From an uncultured Gammaproteobacteria bacterium (GTDB lineage Bacteria > Patescibacteriota > Patescibacteriia > UBA9934), in assembly GCA_964599455.1 (NCBI GenBank), contig CAZREA010000001.1, forward strand, positions 199,687 through 263,686: 64,000 bases of DNA. Direction: 5' to 3'. Of the stretch, positions 39,376 through 48,958 are shown one piece after another (the first letter of the stretch is position 1; each line of letters starts with the position of its first letter). The translations under genes and the position numbers were made by a program. The notes beneath the pieces are model-generated. The model saw nothing but the letters and a program-made list of their open reading frames with translations. It made no database searches and was not told the DNA's origin.

Positions 39376-42000
39376 CTACTTCTTCTTAAACATGTTCATC
39401 GCTTGCGACATCAATTTTGGCGCGGCAGCTAAAAATGCACGTGCGGTTGCAGCTTGATCGAGGACCTTAAAAAGATTGTAAACAACCTCACGTGCAACAT
39501 CTTCTCGCATGGTGCTAAACAAGCGGAATGATTCTTTTTTGTATTCAACAAGCGGATCGCGTTGCGCATAGCCTTGCAACCCAATCGTACGGCGCAAATA
39601 GGTCATGTCATCAAGATGGCGCATCCAGGCTGCATCCATTGCGCGCAAAAGCATCGTACGTTCAATATTTTTCACAATATCTGCATCAGCAATCTTTTCC
39701 TGCGCCTTCACAAAACGCTCATTCACTATTTTAATCATGTCTTCGATAACCGCAGTGCGCTGCATAAGAAGCTTCTCTTTATCAAGTGAAAGCTCAACAA
39801 GATGGCCACGCAATGATGCGCCTTCTTCTTCGGTTAATGGCGTAATAGTGTTGAGGTTTTCCAAAATTTCTTTTGGATCCCAATCACTTTTCTTTTCGGC
39901 ATCAGTAAAAGCTGCAGGGACATCGGTTGTATCTTTTGAGGTGTGCAAAAAGACGATGCGTTCAATTTCGCTTTCAATCATGCGTACCACCTCGTCATGT
40001 GCATCAGCGCGCTCGCCAGTCACCAACCCATGGCGCTCGGCATAAATCGCCATACGATGTTTATTCAGCACATCGTCGTACTGCAACACATGTTTACGGG
40101 TATCAAAATGATGCCCTTCAACACGTTGCTGCGCTTTCTCGAGCGATCGAGTTACCATCTTGCTTTCAATCGGCATGTCGTCTTCGATGCCGAGCGTATT
40201 CATCATGCTTTTCACGCGATCGGAACCGAAGATGCGCATCAAATCATCATCAAGCGACACAAAGAATTGCGTTGAACCCGGATCACCCTGACGACCCGCA
40301 CGACCACGCAACTGATTATCAATACGACGACTTTCATGACGCTCGGTACCAATAACATGCAAACCGCCCAACGCACGAACTTCTTCGGCTTCCTTCGCGT
40401 CGGGTGGATTACCACCAAGCAAAATATCCACACCACGACCGGCCATGTTGGTGGCAATGGTGACCGCGCCTTTGCGACCTGCTTGCGCAATAATTTCTGC
40501 TTCTTGTTCGTGATTCTTCGCGTTCAACATCTTGTGCGGAATGCCAGCTGCCATCAGTGCCTGTGAAAGTAATTGGTTTTTTTCAATCGAGACCGTACCA
40601 ATCAACACCGGCTGACCTTTTTCATGTCGTTCTTTCACTTCACGTGCAACGGCAATCCACTTCCCTTTTTCGTTTTTAAAAACACGATCTGGTAAATCTT
40701 TCCGTTGATTATCCCGATGGGTAGGGATTTGTAGAACATCAAGATGATAAATTTTTGAAAATTCTTCGGCTTCGGTAACGGCCGTACCCGTCATACCCGC
40801 AAGCTTTTTATATAAGCGGAAATAATTTTGAAAGGTGATGGTTGCCAACGTCTTACTTTCGCGTTGAATCTTCACACCTTCCTTGGCTTCGATTGCTTGA
40901 TGCAAACCTTCCGAGTAGCGTCGGCCCTCCATCAAGCGTCCGGTAAATTCATCAACAATCATCACCTCTCCATTACGCACCACATATTCACGATCGATTT
41001 TAAAAAGTGCCTGCGCTCGCAATGCCTGTTCGGCATGATGCACGTTTTGCAATCCTGAATCATACAAGTTCGCAACGCCGAGCAACTTCTCCACCTTTTG
41101 CAAACCTGGTTCAGTATAGGTTGCCGTTTTCAATTTTTCATCAACATTATAATCTTCACCCTCAACTAAATTTTTGGCGATGTCCGCAAAGGTGTAATAC
41201 AAATCTGCGGATTCTTCGGCAGGAGCAGAAATGATCAGCGGTGTACGTGCTTCATCAATCAAAATCGAGTCGACTTCGTCAACGATGGCATAATGCAAAC
41301 CGCGCTGCACCATGTGATCAGCCGTTTGCGCCATGTTGTCACGCAAATAATCAAAACCAAATTCATTATTTGTTCCATACGTAATATCAGCCGCGTACGC
41401 TTCTTTGCGAGATGATGGGCGTAAAAAGTCTGTGTGAACCTTAAAGCCACTCTTTGCCGCATCTTCCTGTTTTTGTTCTTCGGATTGCTCTTGCGAAGGA
41501 CGAAATGACTCATCAAACAAATACCCGCTTTCGTGCTGAATGCAACCAACAGATAAACCAAGAAAACGAAAAACTCTTCCCATCCACGCTGCATCACGCT
41601 TGGCAAGATAATCGTTTACCGTAATAACATGCGTTCCCTTTCCTTCTAAAGCATTCAAATAAATTGCCGTTGTACTTGTCAGCGTTTTTCCTTCACCGGT
41701 TCGCATCTCGGCAATATTTCCTTGATGCAAGGCAATACCACCCAAAAGTTGCACATCATAATGTCGCTGACCAAGCGTTCGTTTTGCTGCTTCACGACAA
41801 ACGGCAAAGGCCTCGGACAAAAGATCGTCGAGTTTTTCATCCTTTGCGAGCCGATCTTTAAACTCCTGTGTTTTAGCCTTAAGTAACTCGTCGGAAAGGG
41901 CTGAAATCGAGGGTTCCAGAGCATTTATTTTTTCAACATGCTTTTTGAGCGTACCCAGCACACGCGCATTCGGATCAAACAAACGGGCAAAAATCGACAT
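39376..42000 (-). CDS. secA: preprotein translocase ATPase SecA
   Basis: DEAD-like motor with Walker A (MRTGEGKTL) and Walker B, preprotein cross-linking domain, helical scaffold. 874 aa. Confidence 0.95.
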   Translation of the reverse strand: MSIFARLFDPNARVLGTLKKHVEKINALEPSISALSDELLKAKTQEFKDRLAKDEKLDDLLSEAFAVCREAAKRTLGQRHYDVQLLGGIALHQGNIAEMRTGEGKTLTSTTAIYLNALEGKGTHVITVNDYLAKRDAAWMGRVFRFLGLSVGCIQHESGYLFDESFRPSQEQSEEQKQEDAAKSGFKVHTDFLRPSSRKEAYAADITYGTNNEFGFDYLRDNMAQTADHMVQRGLHYAIVDEVDSILIDEARTPLIISAPAEESADLYYTFADIAKNLVEGEDYNVDEKLKTATYTEPGLQKVEKLLGVANLYDSGLQNVHHAEQALRAQALFKIDREYVVRNGEVMIVDEFTGRLMEGRRYSEGLHQAIEAKEGVKIQRESKTLATITFQNYFRLYKKLAGMTGTAVTEAEEFSKIYHLDVLQIPTHRDNQRKDLPDRVFKNEKGKWIAVAREVKERHEKGQPVLIGTVSIEKNQLLSQALMAAGIPHKMLNAKNHEQEAEIIAQAGRKGAVTIATNMAGRGVDILLGGNPPDAKEAEEVRALGGLHVIGTERHESRRIDNQLRGRAGRQGDPGSTQFFVSLDDDLMRIFGSDRVKSMMNTLGIEDDMPIESKMVTRSLEKAQQRVEGHHFDTRKHVLQYDDVLNKHRMAIYAERHGLVTGERADAHDEVVRMIESEIERIVFLHTSKDTTDVPAAFTDAEKKSDWDPKEILENLNTITPLTEEEGASLRGHLVELSLDKEKLLMQRTAVIEDMIKIVNERFVKAQEKIADADIVKNIERTMLLRAMDAAWMRHLDDMTYLRRTIGLQGYAQRDPLVEYKKESFRLFSTMREDVAREVVYNLFKVLDQAATARAFLAAAPKLMSQAMNMFKKK

Positions 42001-42135
42001 AAGAAAGAAAAGAAAAATTCCAGAGAATTGTGCCTGAAAACAGGCCTAAAAACAAGAAAGGGTTGTAATTTAGCCGAAAATGTGGTATTTTGAATGGTTA
42101 CTGGTGTGTGAAAGCCTAATCATCGTGAGGTACAA

Positions 42136-42615
42136 ATGAATTTCGAAGCAATGGCCGTGATTGCCGCGTTCGTCTCTCTTCTCTTCCTCCTCGGCTACAT
42201 AGCGTCCGAAAACCGCTCCCGCGCGGAGTTCCTGCAGATGGAGGGGGATCTGCTGCGGAACATCATCTTCAGCGGCATCATGACCGCCCAGGAAGGCGAG
42301 GCGAAGAGGATGCTGATCAACGGCCTCCTCGACAACCTCAAGATGTACCAGCACGAGCACGCGTTCCAGATCGTGCTCATGCTCCTGGCCAGGGGGAAGA
42401 TGAAGTTCTTGGACCTGCGCACCTCCGGAATCGGCGAGCAGCAGGAAGACGGGTTCCGAAGCGCTCTGGTCAACATGTCAGAGGTAAAGTCCTGGGAGAA
42501 GACTTTCGCCTTTCCCAAATCCGCCAACGCCGAGTTCAACATGGAAAATGTGAGAGTCCTTCTGTGCTTCATGCACAGAGGAATCACCCTTCAAGATCTC
42601 GTTCGTCTTCCATAG
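42136..42615 (+). CDS. membrane-anchored hypothetical protein, paralog A of a tandem cassette
   Basis: GAGG 7 nt upstream of the ATG, an N-terminal TM helix and the shared motif DLRTSGIGEQQEDGFRSALVNM. GC-rich relative to the flanks. Followed by conserved repeat copy 1. Confidence 0.5.
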   Translation: MNFEAMAVIAAFVSLLFLLGYIASENRSRAEFLQMEGDLLRNIIFSGIMTAQEGEAKRMLINGLLDNLKMYQHEHAFQIVLMLLARGKMKFLDLRTSGIGEQQEDGFRSALVNMSEVKSWEKTFAFPKSANAEFNMENVRVLLCFMHRGITLQDLVRLP

Positions 42616-42690
42616 ACGACCCGCGCCACGTCGGGGTCGTCTCGAACGCCACCTTCCCTCGCGGGGCGGGTGGCGTTTACGGTTTTAAGG
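42616..42690 (+). repeat. conserved post-gene double-hairpin repeat, copy 1
   Basis: ACGACCCgcgccacgtcGGGGTCGT CTCGAA CGCCACCttccctcgcggggcGGGTGGCG TTTAC, which aligns with the copies at 43266 and 43586. Confidence 0.6.
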
Positions 42691-42761
42691 GCTATGGGGG
42701 TTGTATCTAATGGCAGATGTGGTACTTTACATCGTTACTCACAACCACACAGGAGATGAAC

Positions 42762-43259
42762 ATGAACGGGTTTTTCATCGTCGCCAGCATCGCCGGCGCG
42801 ATCGCCATCACGCTGTTCGTACTCAGCAGCATTCAGGAGAGTGCTCGACGCCAGGAGCGAGTGGAAGTTCTGGAGATGAAGGCGGCCGCATTCCAAAGCA
42901 TCATCTTCGACCTCGTCGTGGCCATGAAGGACAACTTCGAAATCAAGATGAGGCTTGTCGCCGTCCTCTTGGACGACATCAAGATGCACAGGGATGAGCA
43001 CTTGATCATGATCGTGATCAAGCTCATTGCCAAAGGGCACATCAGCTTCTCGGACCTGCGAACCGCTGGCATCGGCGGCGCGGAGTTCGAGGACCTCTTC
43101 CGCAAGGCACTGGCCAGCATGCCGAAAGAGGTGCAGACGTGGAAGCAGTTCTTCGTCGGCCTCGCGCCCAACGTGGAGAACGTCGAGAAGTATGACCTGC
43201 CCAACGTCAGCAGGCTCCTGAGCCTTGTGGACGGCACGGGAAACCTCGACTTCCTCTGA
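42762..43259 (+). CDS. membrane-anchored hypothetical protein, paralog B of a tandem cassette
   Basis: AGGAG RBS, start at the second ATG (MNGFFIVASIAGAIAITLFVL), shared motif DLRTAGIGGAEFEDLFRKALASM. Followed by repeat copy 2. Confidence 0.5.
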   Translation: MNGFFIVASIAGAIAITLFVLSSIQESARRQERVEVLEMKAAAFQSIIFDLVVAMKDNFEIKMRLVAVLLDDIKMHRDEHLIMIVIKLIAKGHISFSDLRTAGIGGAEFEDLFRKALASMPKEVQTWKQFFVGLAPNVENVEKYDLPNVSRLLSLVDGTGNLDFL

Positions 43260-43265
43260 TCTTCA

Positions 43266-43325
43266 CGACTAGAGTCGTCTCGAACGTCACCCTTCGCATT
43301 GGGTGGCGTTTACGGTTTAAGGGGT
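43266..43325 (+). repeat. conserved post-gene double-hairpin repeat, copy 2
   Basis: ACGACTagAGTCGT CTCGAA CGTCACCCttcgcattGGGTGGCG TTTAC. Confidence 0.6.
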
Positions 43326-43399
43326 GCTGAGGTTGCTTTTTTCAAGGAAATGTGCAATAATAGAGACCGTTTCACACTGCAATTCGGAGGAGATCTGAA

Positions 43400-43585
43400 G
43401 TGAACCTGGAACAAATCACCTACATCGTGATTCCCGTTGCGAGTCTTGTCGCAGCAGTGTGGATGATGGCCAAACAGCCATCTCCGCGCCGCGACAGTGC
43501 GACGGTGGGAGAGTGGCGCAGGCCACCCACCACGATCGTCTACGAGACGACATGCGACGAATGTGGCTCGGAAGCCGACAACTAG
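43400..43585 (+). CDS. small membrane protein (61 aa, GTG start) of the cassette
   Basis: GGAGG 7 nt upstream of the GTG, one TM helix and a C-terminal CDECG. Followed by repeat copy 3. Confidence 0.3.
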   Translation: MNLEQITYIVIPVASLVAAVWMMAKQPSPRRDSATVGEWRRPPTTIVYETTCDECGSEADN

Positions 43586-43645
43586 ACGACTCGCCACACG
43601 CGAATCATCTCGAACGCCACCCTTCGCAAGGGGTGGCGTTTAACA
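43586..43645 (+). repeat. conserved post-gene hairpin repeat, copy 3
   Basis: ...CATCTCGAA CGCCACCCttcgcaaGGGGTGGCG TTTAA. Confidence 0.6.
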
Positions 43646-43683
43646 TTGGAAATGCGAATTCAAAAAGGAAGTGACTCCTTCAT

Positions 43684-45099
43684 TCAGCTCGCGCTCACTA
43701 AACGTCGCGCCACGTTGTCGATACCCCCCGCCCCCATAACTAAAACCACATCGTCAGCACGAACATGTTCACGAACAAGATGTTCGGCTTCATGAAGATT
43801 CGCCGCATACATTCCTTCTTTCGGCGCGTTTGATGAATTCATGATCGCATCCAGCAACATCTTACTATTTACCTCGTGTGCATCTTCCATGCGACCGGCA
43901 ACACCGTAAATTTCGGACAAAATCAACACGTCAGCTCCTTGAAAAGAAACAGCAAAATCATCGAACAATTCTTTCGTGCGATTGTGCTGATGCGGCTCAA
44001 AAACGGCAACAATACGACGCCCGGGAAAAAATTCTTTTGCTGCAGCGATGGTTCCGCGGATTGCCGTCGGATGATGGGCGTAGTCAGAAATAATCTCTAC
44101 ATCTCCTTTTTCATCCTTGTGCATGATCTGATACTTACCCACGCGTTCAAACCGTCGCCAAATACCCGAGAACTCGGCAAGTGTTTTTTGCATTACTTCC
44201 CACTCAACGCCATATTCTTCGGCAACAGCAATTGCACCAAGTGCATTCATCATGTTGAATTCGCCAGGAACTGCGAGCGTGAGTGTTCCGAGTGTTTTTG
44301 AAACAATAGGAATGCGACCGGTTTTTAATGCAAGCGATTGCTTCCCTGCGCTTGTGTGCCGCTTTGCACGCTTTACATATTCTCCGAATAAACGAACCTC
44401 TGCCCGCTCGTGACCACAGGCAACCAGCTGATCGGGATAGAGCGCATTTTGCAAAATCAATGTCGATGTTTGCTCGCACAATTGATGAAACGCCTTCTTG
44501 ATGTCATCAAGATCTTTATAAATTTCGAGGTGATCTTCTTCGATGTTGGTGATGAGTGTAGTTTCGGGATGCAGTTTGAGCATCTTGCGTTTATATTCAT
44601 CGCCTTCAACGATGAGAATATCGCTTTTGCCGATACGAATATTTCCCAATTCCCATCCTGGCACGATCGAACCCACAAACACCGTCGGATCAAGCCCTGC
44701 GGTTTCAAAAATCTTCCCCACTATTGCGGTTGTCGTCGATTTCCCATTTGTTCCGGTAATGCAAATGGTCCGATACGATTTCGATAGCTCGCCCAAAAAA
44801 TCAAAATGCCCGAGCTGCTTGATACCGCGACGTGTGGCTTCGACACGTTCGGGTGCAGTTTCCGAAACTGCTTCAGAATAAATTACCAAATCACAATCCT
44901 GCGCCAGCCAAGATGCATCCGACGGGCCGATATGCACTTCGATACCGCGAGCAACGAGATCATCGGTTACTCGTGATGAGACCAGATCTGATCCGCTAAC
45001 CGTTTTGCCTTGAGCTTGTAAAAATTTTGCAACCGCGGAGATACCAATACCGCCAACACCTAAACAGTGCACGATGTGAAAAGAAGAAAAAGCTTGCAC
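43684..45099 (-). CDS. murC: UDP-N-acetylmuramate--L-alanine ligase
   Basis: N-terminal Rossmann-like GIGGIGISAVAKFL, the Mur ligase central domain with GTNGKSTTT P-loop and a C-terminal domain. 471 aa. Confidence 0.9.
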   Translation of the reverse strand: MQAFSSFHIVHCLGVGGIGISAVAKFLQAQGKTVSGSDLVSSRVTDDLVARGIEVHIGPSDASWLAQDCDLVIYSEAVSETAPERVEATRRGIKQLGHFDFLGELSKSYRTICITGTNGKSTTTAIVGKIFETAGLDPTVFVGSIVPGWELGNIRIGKSDILIVEGDEYKRKMLKLHPETTLITNIEEDHLEIYKDLDDIKKAFHQLCEQTSTLILQNALYPDQLVACGHERAEVRLFGEYVKRAKRHTSAGKQSLALKTGRIPIVSKTLGTLTLAVPGEFNMMNALGAIAVAEEYGVEWEVMQKTLAEFSGIWRRFERVGKYQIMHKDEKGDVEIISDYAHHPTAIRGTIAAAKEFFPGRRIVAVFEPHQHNRTKELFDDFAVSFQGADVLILSEIYGVAGRMEDAHEVNSKMLLDAIMNSSNAPKEGMYAANLHEAEHLVREHVRADDVVLVMGAGGIDNVARRLVSAS

Positions 45100-45106
45100 A
45101 CGAAAA

Positions 45107-45412
45107 CTATCGATCCTTATAATCAGTTAACTGACGCTTGAGCTCATCCTTCGCCAGATCAATGGCCGCGTATAAATCATCGGTCACTCGCTCGGCACGC
45201 AAATGCGCACCAGGAATGGTGAGATTAAACTTCGCTTCCCAGATATTGCCCTTTTGCTGGCCATTCGTGGTTTTACCTACTTCAACGACGGCATCACACG
45301 GAGAATAGTGTTCGCACATACGCGCTAAACTTCCTATCTTTTCCTCGACATACCGTTTAATGGCATCAGTGAGCTCGATGTTCACTCCTCGGATTTCGGT
45401 TATACGAAGCAT
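45107..45412 (-). CDS. hpf: ribosome hibernation promoting factor / RaiA-family protein
   Basis: 101 aa beta-alpha-beta-beta-beta-alpha YfiA fold pattern (MLRITEIRGVNIELTDAIKRYVEEKI ... DLAKDELKRQL). Confidence 0.85.
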   Translation of the reverse strand: MLRITEIRGVNIELTDAIKRYVEEKIGSLARMCEHYSPCDAVVEVGKTTNGQQKGNIWEAKFNLTIPGAHLRAERVTDDLYAAIDLAKDELKRQLTDYKDR

Positions 45413-45469
45413 ATACTTGCACTATAAGATGATAAAGAAAATTTTGAAAGGAAGATTTTCACAACGGTC

Positions 45470-46438
45470 TTACAAACCAAGAAACTGTACCTCTTCTTGC
45501 AATTGTACACCGTAGACATCTCGTGCTCGCGATTTAATGCGACTAATGAGTTCGGCGATATCTTTTGCCGTGGCATGACCTTTATTGAGAAGGAAATTCC
45601 CATGCACCTCCGAGACCTGCGCATCACCTACCTGCAAACCTTTTAAGCCGAGTTGTTCAATGATCCATCCGGCAGCAATGCGATGGTTAGCAAGCATGAG
45701 CGCAGGAATTTGTGCATCCGCCTCAATCTGTCGTATATCCGTTTCATCCGTAAACTCAAAATTCTTAAACATACACCCCGCCGAGGATGATCCAAGAGGT
45801 TGCGATGCTTTGCGTGAAGAAAGATATGAGTCCAGAAGCGCTTTTTCTTCAACCGCATCACCGTTTTCCAATTTCAATGTTGCCGATAAAATCACATCAC
45901 CCGTGTGAGCAGGATCTTTAAAGATGGAGTGACGGTACGAGAAATGCAGCTCGGTTGCAGGAATATCCATCACCTCCCCATCGCGAAGCACACGAACACT
46001 CACCACCGAATCCTTCATCTCTCCTCCAAAACATCCCGCATTGCCACGCACTGCGCCACCGATGGTTCCCGGCAATGATATCGCCCACGTAAATCCTTTC
46101 AATCCTGCTTCAGCCGTCTTTCGTGCAACGAGCGCGGAGATCACCCCCGCTTCAGCGATAACTTTCGTACCTTCAATTTTCAGTTCACGATTCGCCACTT
46201 TAATCACCAATCCGTTCCAACCTTCATCAGATGCAATCGTGTTTGATCCACCACCAAGAATGAAATACGGCACTTCGTACTGCTTTGCCAATTGCACCGC
46301 ATCGATGATGTCTTGCGCATTTTTCGCTTCAACAAAATAGCGAACTGGTCCGCCGATGCGGATGTTTACATGTTTGGCAAGAGATTCGTGTTCAGTGAAC
46401 TGCCCACCAAATCGTTCGTGCATATCGTGAATGAACAT
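45470..46438 (-). CDS. murB: UDP-N-acetylenolpyruvoylglucosamine reductase
   Basis: FAD-binding PCMH domain (GGGSN), a MurB C-terminal domain with the catalytic Ser context. The start is trimmed to MFIHDMHERFGG to remove the overlap with doc. Confidence 0.88.
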   Translation of the reverse strand: MFIHDMHERFGGQFTEHESLAKHVNIRIGGPVRYFVEAKNAQDIIDAVQLAKQYEVPYFILGGGSNTIASDEGWNGLVIKVANRELKIEGTKVIAEAGVISALVARKTAEAGLKGFTWAISLPGTIGGAVRGNAGCFGGEMKDSVVSVRVLRDGEVMDIPATELHFSYRHSIFKDPAHTGDVILSATLKLENGDAVEEKALLDSYLSSRKASQPLGSSSAGCMFKNFEFTDETDIRQIEADAQIPALMLANHRIAAGWIIEQLGLKGLQVGDAQVSEVHGNFLLNKGHATAKDIAELISRIKSRARDVYGVQLQEEVQFLGL

Positions 46439-46440
46439 AT

Positions 46441-46833
46441 CTATCTTTTCTTCTTTGATCGCTTTTGCAAGCATTGAGCGATTTGTTCAACCGTCAGCGC
46501 TTCAACCACAACGCGTACGGCAAATTTTTCAATCTCTCCTCTTTTACAATGAAGAAGGTGTCCATTGATATCTAAAAATGTACCGGCAGCAGTAATGCCA
46601 GAACGTTTATTTCCATCAAGAAAGGGGTGATTCATGATGATACTCCGCGCATAAGCTGCAGCTTTGACAAAAGCAGTTTGATATAAATCTTGACCAAAAG
46701 CTTGTTGCTTTGGCAATTCTGCTGCAGACGCAAGCGCATGATGATCACGAATACCATCCAAACCACCCGTTTCTTGAATAATGAATCCATGGATCACGAC
46801 TAAGTCTTCTTTTGTAAGATAAACAAAAGACAT
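46441..46833 (-). CDS. doc: Doc (death-on-curing) toxin, Fic/Doc family
   Basis: HPFLDGNKRSG Fic-motif variant characteristic of Doc kinases. 130 aa, immediately downstream of a small AbrB-fold gene. Confidence 0.8.
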   Translation of the reverse strand: MSFVYLTKEDLVVIHGFIIQETGGLDGIRDHHALASAAELPKQQAFGQDLYQTAFVKAAAYARSIIMNHPFLDGNKRSGITAAGTFLDINGHLLHCKRGEIEKFAVRVVVEALTVEQIAQCLQKRSKKKR

Positions 46834-46834
46834 G

Positions 46835-47089
46835 TTATTTATCCTTTAAGGCTTTCAGATCGGCTTTATACTTTTTAATAAAACGCAAAGCAGCTTCTCC
46901 GACCTGTTCTTTCTTTTCTTTTTTCTTCGTTCTTGCTCGAGAAATAAAAATGCCTCCTCGACCTCGAAGAGATACGTACTCCATTTCTAAGGCGGTGCCT
47001 TCTTCAATGACGCATTTTTTAAGAAATGGTTGCGGAAGGGTATTCCCCACAGATGCTCCAATGCGTATTGCTTTTCGATGAATGATCAT
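46835..47089 (-). CDS. SpoVT/AbrB-type antitoxin
   Basis: 84 aa with an N-terminal swapped-hairpin motif (KAIRIGASVGNTLPQPFLKKCVIEEGTALEMEY) and a basic C-terminus. Its stop is 1 nt from the doc start. Confidence 0.55.
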   Translation of the reverse strand: MIIHRKAIRIGASVGNTLPQPFLKKCVIEEGTALEMEYVSLRGRGGIFISRARTKKKEKKEQVGEAALRFIKKYKADLKALKDK

Positions 47090-47169
47090 ATACTTGAATT
47101 ATAACAGTATTATAATCTGGGGACAAGGGTTTGGGAAAAATATCGGCATGATCTACCATATCGTCATCT

Positions 47170-48474
47170 ATGTACAATCTCATCGCTCAAAAAGATCCGG
47201 CTATTGCGAATGCACTTTTAGCCGAGGTGCAGCGCCAACATGAAGGACTCGAAATGATTCCTTCGGAAAACTTTGTGTCGCCCGCAGTACTTGAGGCTCT
47301 TGGATCAGTCGCAACAAACAAATATTCGGAAGGATATCCCGGAAAAAGATACTACGGAGGGAATCAGCACATGGATGTTATTGAGCAACTAGCTATTGAT
47401 CGTGCTAAGCAACTTTTTGGTGCCGATCACGCCAACGTGCAGCCACATTCGGGTGCTCCCGCCAACATCGCCGTCTACCAAGCCTGGCTCGAGCCGGGTG
47501 ACACGGTACTTGGCATGAAACTCGATCATGGTGGTCATCTTACCCACGGACACCCCATCACAAGCAGCGCCAAAATATACAACTTCGTACGCTATGGCAT
47601 GAAAGATGTAGAAACGGGTGAAATTGATTTTGATGAAATGCGCGAGGTCGCCAAAAAGGAAAAACCGAAAATCATTCTTGCGGGATTTAGCGGTTATCCA
47701 CGCAACTTGGATTATGCAAAGTTTGCCGAAATTGCAAACGAGGTTGGTGCACTCCTCATGGCAGATGTTGCGCACATCGCAGGACTCATCGCAGGGAAAG
47801 TCCTTCCTAATCCGTTTGACTACGGATTTCATATCGTTACGACCACGACACACAAAACGCTCCGCGGTCCACGTGGAGGCATGATTTTAAGCAAAGGCGT
47901 TGTCAGCAATCCCTTAAAAGCTCCGGAAAAAACCGTCGAGAATATTCCCACGCTTATCGACCGACAAGTTTTCCCTGGTTTTCAAGGAGGACCACACATG
48001 CATTCGATTGCCGCAAAAGCGATCTGTTTTCACGAGGCATCCCAACCAAGCTTCAAAGTTTATGGTGAACGTGTTCTTGCAAATGCAAAGGCGCTTGCCG
48101 ACGCACTCATGAAACGCGGATATAAACTTATTACCAACGGCACCGACAATCACTTGTTGCAAATCGACATGGTCCAAAGTCGCAACATGGACGGTCGTGC
48201 AGCCCAAACGATTCTCGATTCCATCAGTCTTACTGCCAACTGCAATAGCATTGCTAACGACACACTTCCCCCCTATCGTCCCAGCGGTTTGCGCATGGGA
48301 ACACCGGCTATTACCACGCGCGGATTGATGCCTGCAGACATGGAACAAATTGCGCAATGGATGGACACTGCCCTTTTACAAAAAGATGACACGGCAACGA
48401 TTGAGCGCATTAAAAATGAAATTCATGAATTCATGAATGATCGTCCATTGTTTGCCAAGGAGTGGGAAAGCTAA
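47170..48474 (+). CDS. glyA: serine hydroxymethyltransferase
   Basis: The PLP-lysine context TTTHKTLRGPRGG and the SHMT N-terminal signature. 434 aa. Confidence 0.95.
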   Translation: MYNLIAQKDPAIANALLAEVQRQHEGLEMIPSENFVSPAVLEALGSVATNKYSEGYPGKRYYGGNQHMDVIEQLAIDRAKQLFGADHANVQPHSGAPANIAVYQAWLEPGDTVLGMKLDHGGHLTHGHPITSSAKIYNFVRYGMKDVETGEIDFDEMREVAKKEKPKIILAGFSGYPRNLDYAKFAEIANEVGALLMADVAHIAGLIAGKVLPNPFDYGFHIVTTTTHKTLRGPRGGMILSKGVVSNPLKAPEKTVENIPTLIDRQVFPGFQGGPHMHSIAAKAICFHEASQPSFKVYGERVLANAKALADALMKRGYKLITNGTDNHLLQIDMVQSRNMDGRAAQTILDSISLTANCNSIANDTLPPYRPSGLRMGTPAITTRGLMPADMEQIAQWMDTALLQKDDTATIERIKNEIHEFMNDRPLFAKEWES

Positions 48475-48622
48475 AAAAGAAGAATGCTACTGTTAAAGAG
48501 GCAGAAACTGGCCAAAAAGCCAGTTTTCTGTTATGATTTTTGGTCTAGTCTTAGACCCCCACTGTGATGGTGGGGCCCTTCTCGGGAAAACCGTTTTTTC
48601 AACAATTCTGAAGGAGATCGCC

Positions 48623-48958
48623 ATGCAATGCAAGACGCTCGTCATCTGGTGGCTCATAAACGGAAAAAAGCCAAAGCTCCTGGAGGAAGAGGACAAGATC
48701 ATCAAGAACCTCGAGCCGCTGGTGAAGAGGCTCTTCCCCGGCATCAACTACTTCTCCGTGACGGGCTTCGACGCGGTGATGCGTACCCTCGTCGTTCCCG
48801 CCCTCAAGAAGCAGTTCGTGGACCTCATCAACCTCCCGGAAGAGGAGATCGCCGCCGAGCAGATGAGCGAGGTCGCCGAAGTCCTTCCCTCGAAAGGGTA
48901 CGAGTGGCAGGACGACCCCGCCTGGCAGGTCAGGTTCCAGGAGTTGCTGGCCGCCTGA
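48623..48958 (+). CDS. hypothetical protein in a small GC-rich (about 62%) insert
   Basis: GGAG RBS, 111 aa, followed by a GC-rich terminator (GCCGCCCACCacgagccgctcactggctcacctcGGTGGGCGGC TTCGTGTTTT). The annotated alternative-frame ORF 48628-49053 is an artefact. Confidence 0.4.
   Translation: MQCKTLVIWWLINGKKPKLLEEEDKIIKNLEPLVKRLFPGINYFSVTGFDAVMRTLVVPALKKQFVDLINLPEEEIAAEQMSEVAEVLPSKGYEWQDDPAWQVRFQELLAA

Noticed and set aside
39528-40566. Several 60-146-aa plus-strand ORFs inside secA
   Set aside because: They are antisense to a highly conserved 874-aa SecA reading frame.
42616-43645. Possibility that the three conserved repeats are a CRISPR array
   Set aside because: The repeats are about 60 nt, imperfect, and separated by about 600-bp protein-coding genes. 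They are post-gene terminator-like elements, not CRISPR repeats. No cas genes are present.
47389-48357. Minus-strand ORFs (47389-47853, 47914-48357) inside glyA
   Set aside because: They are antisense to the conserved SHMT frame.
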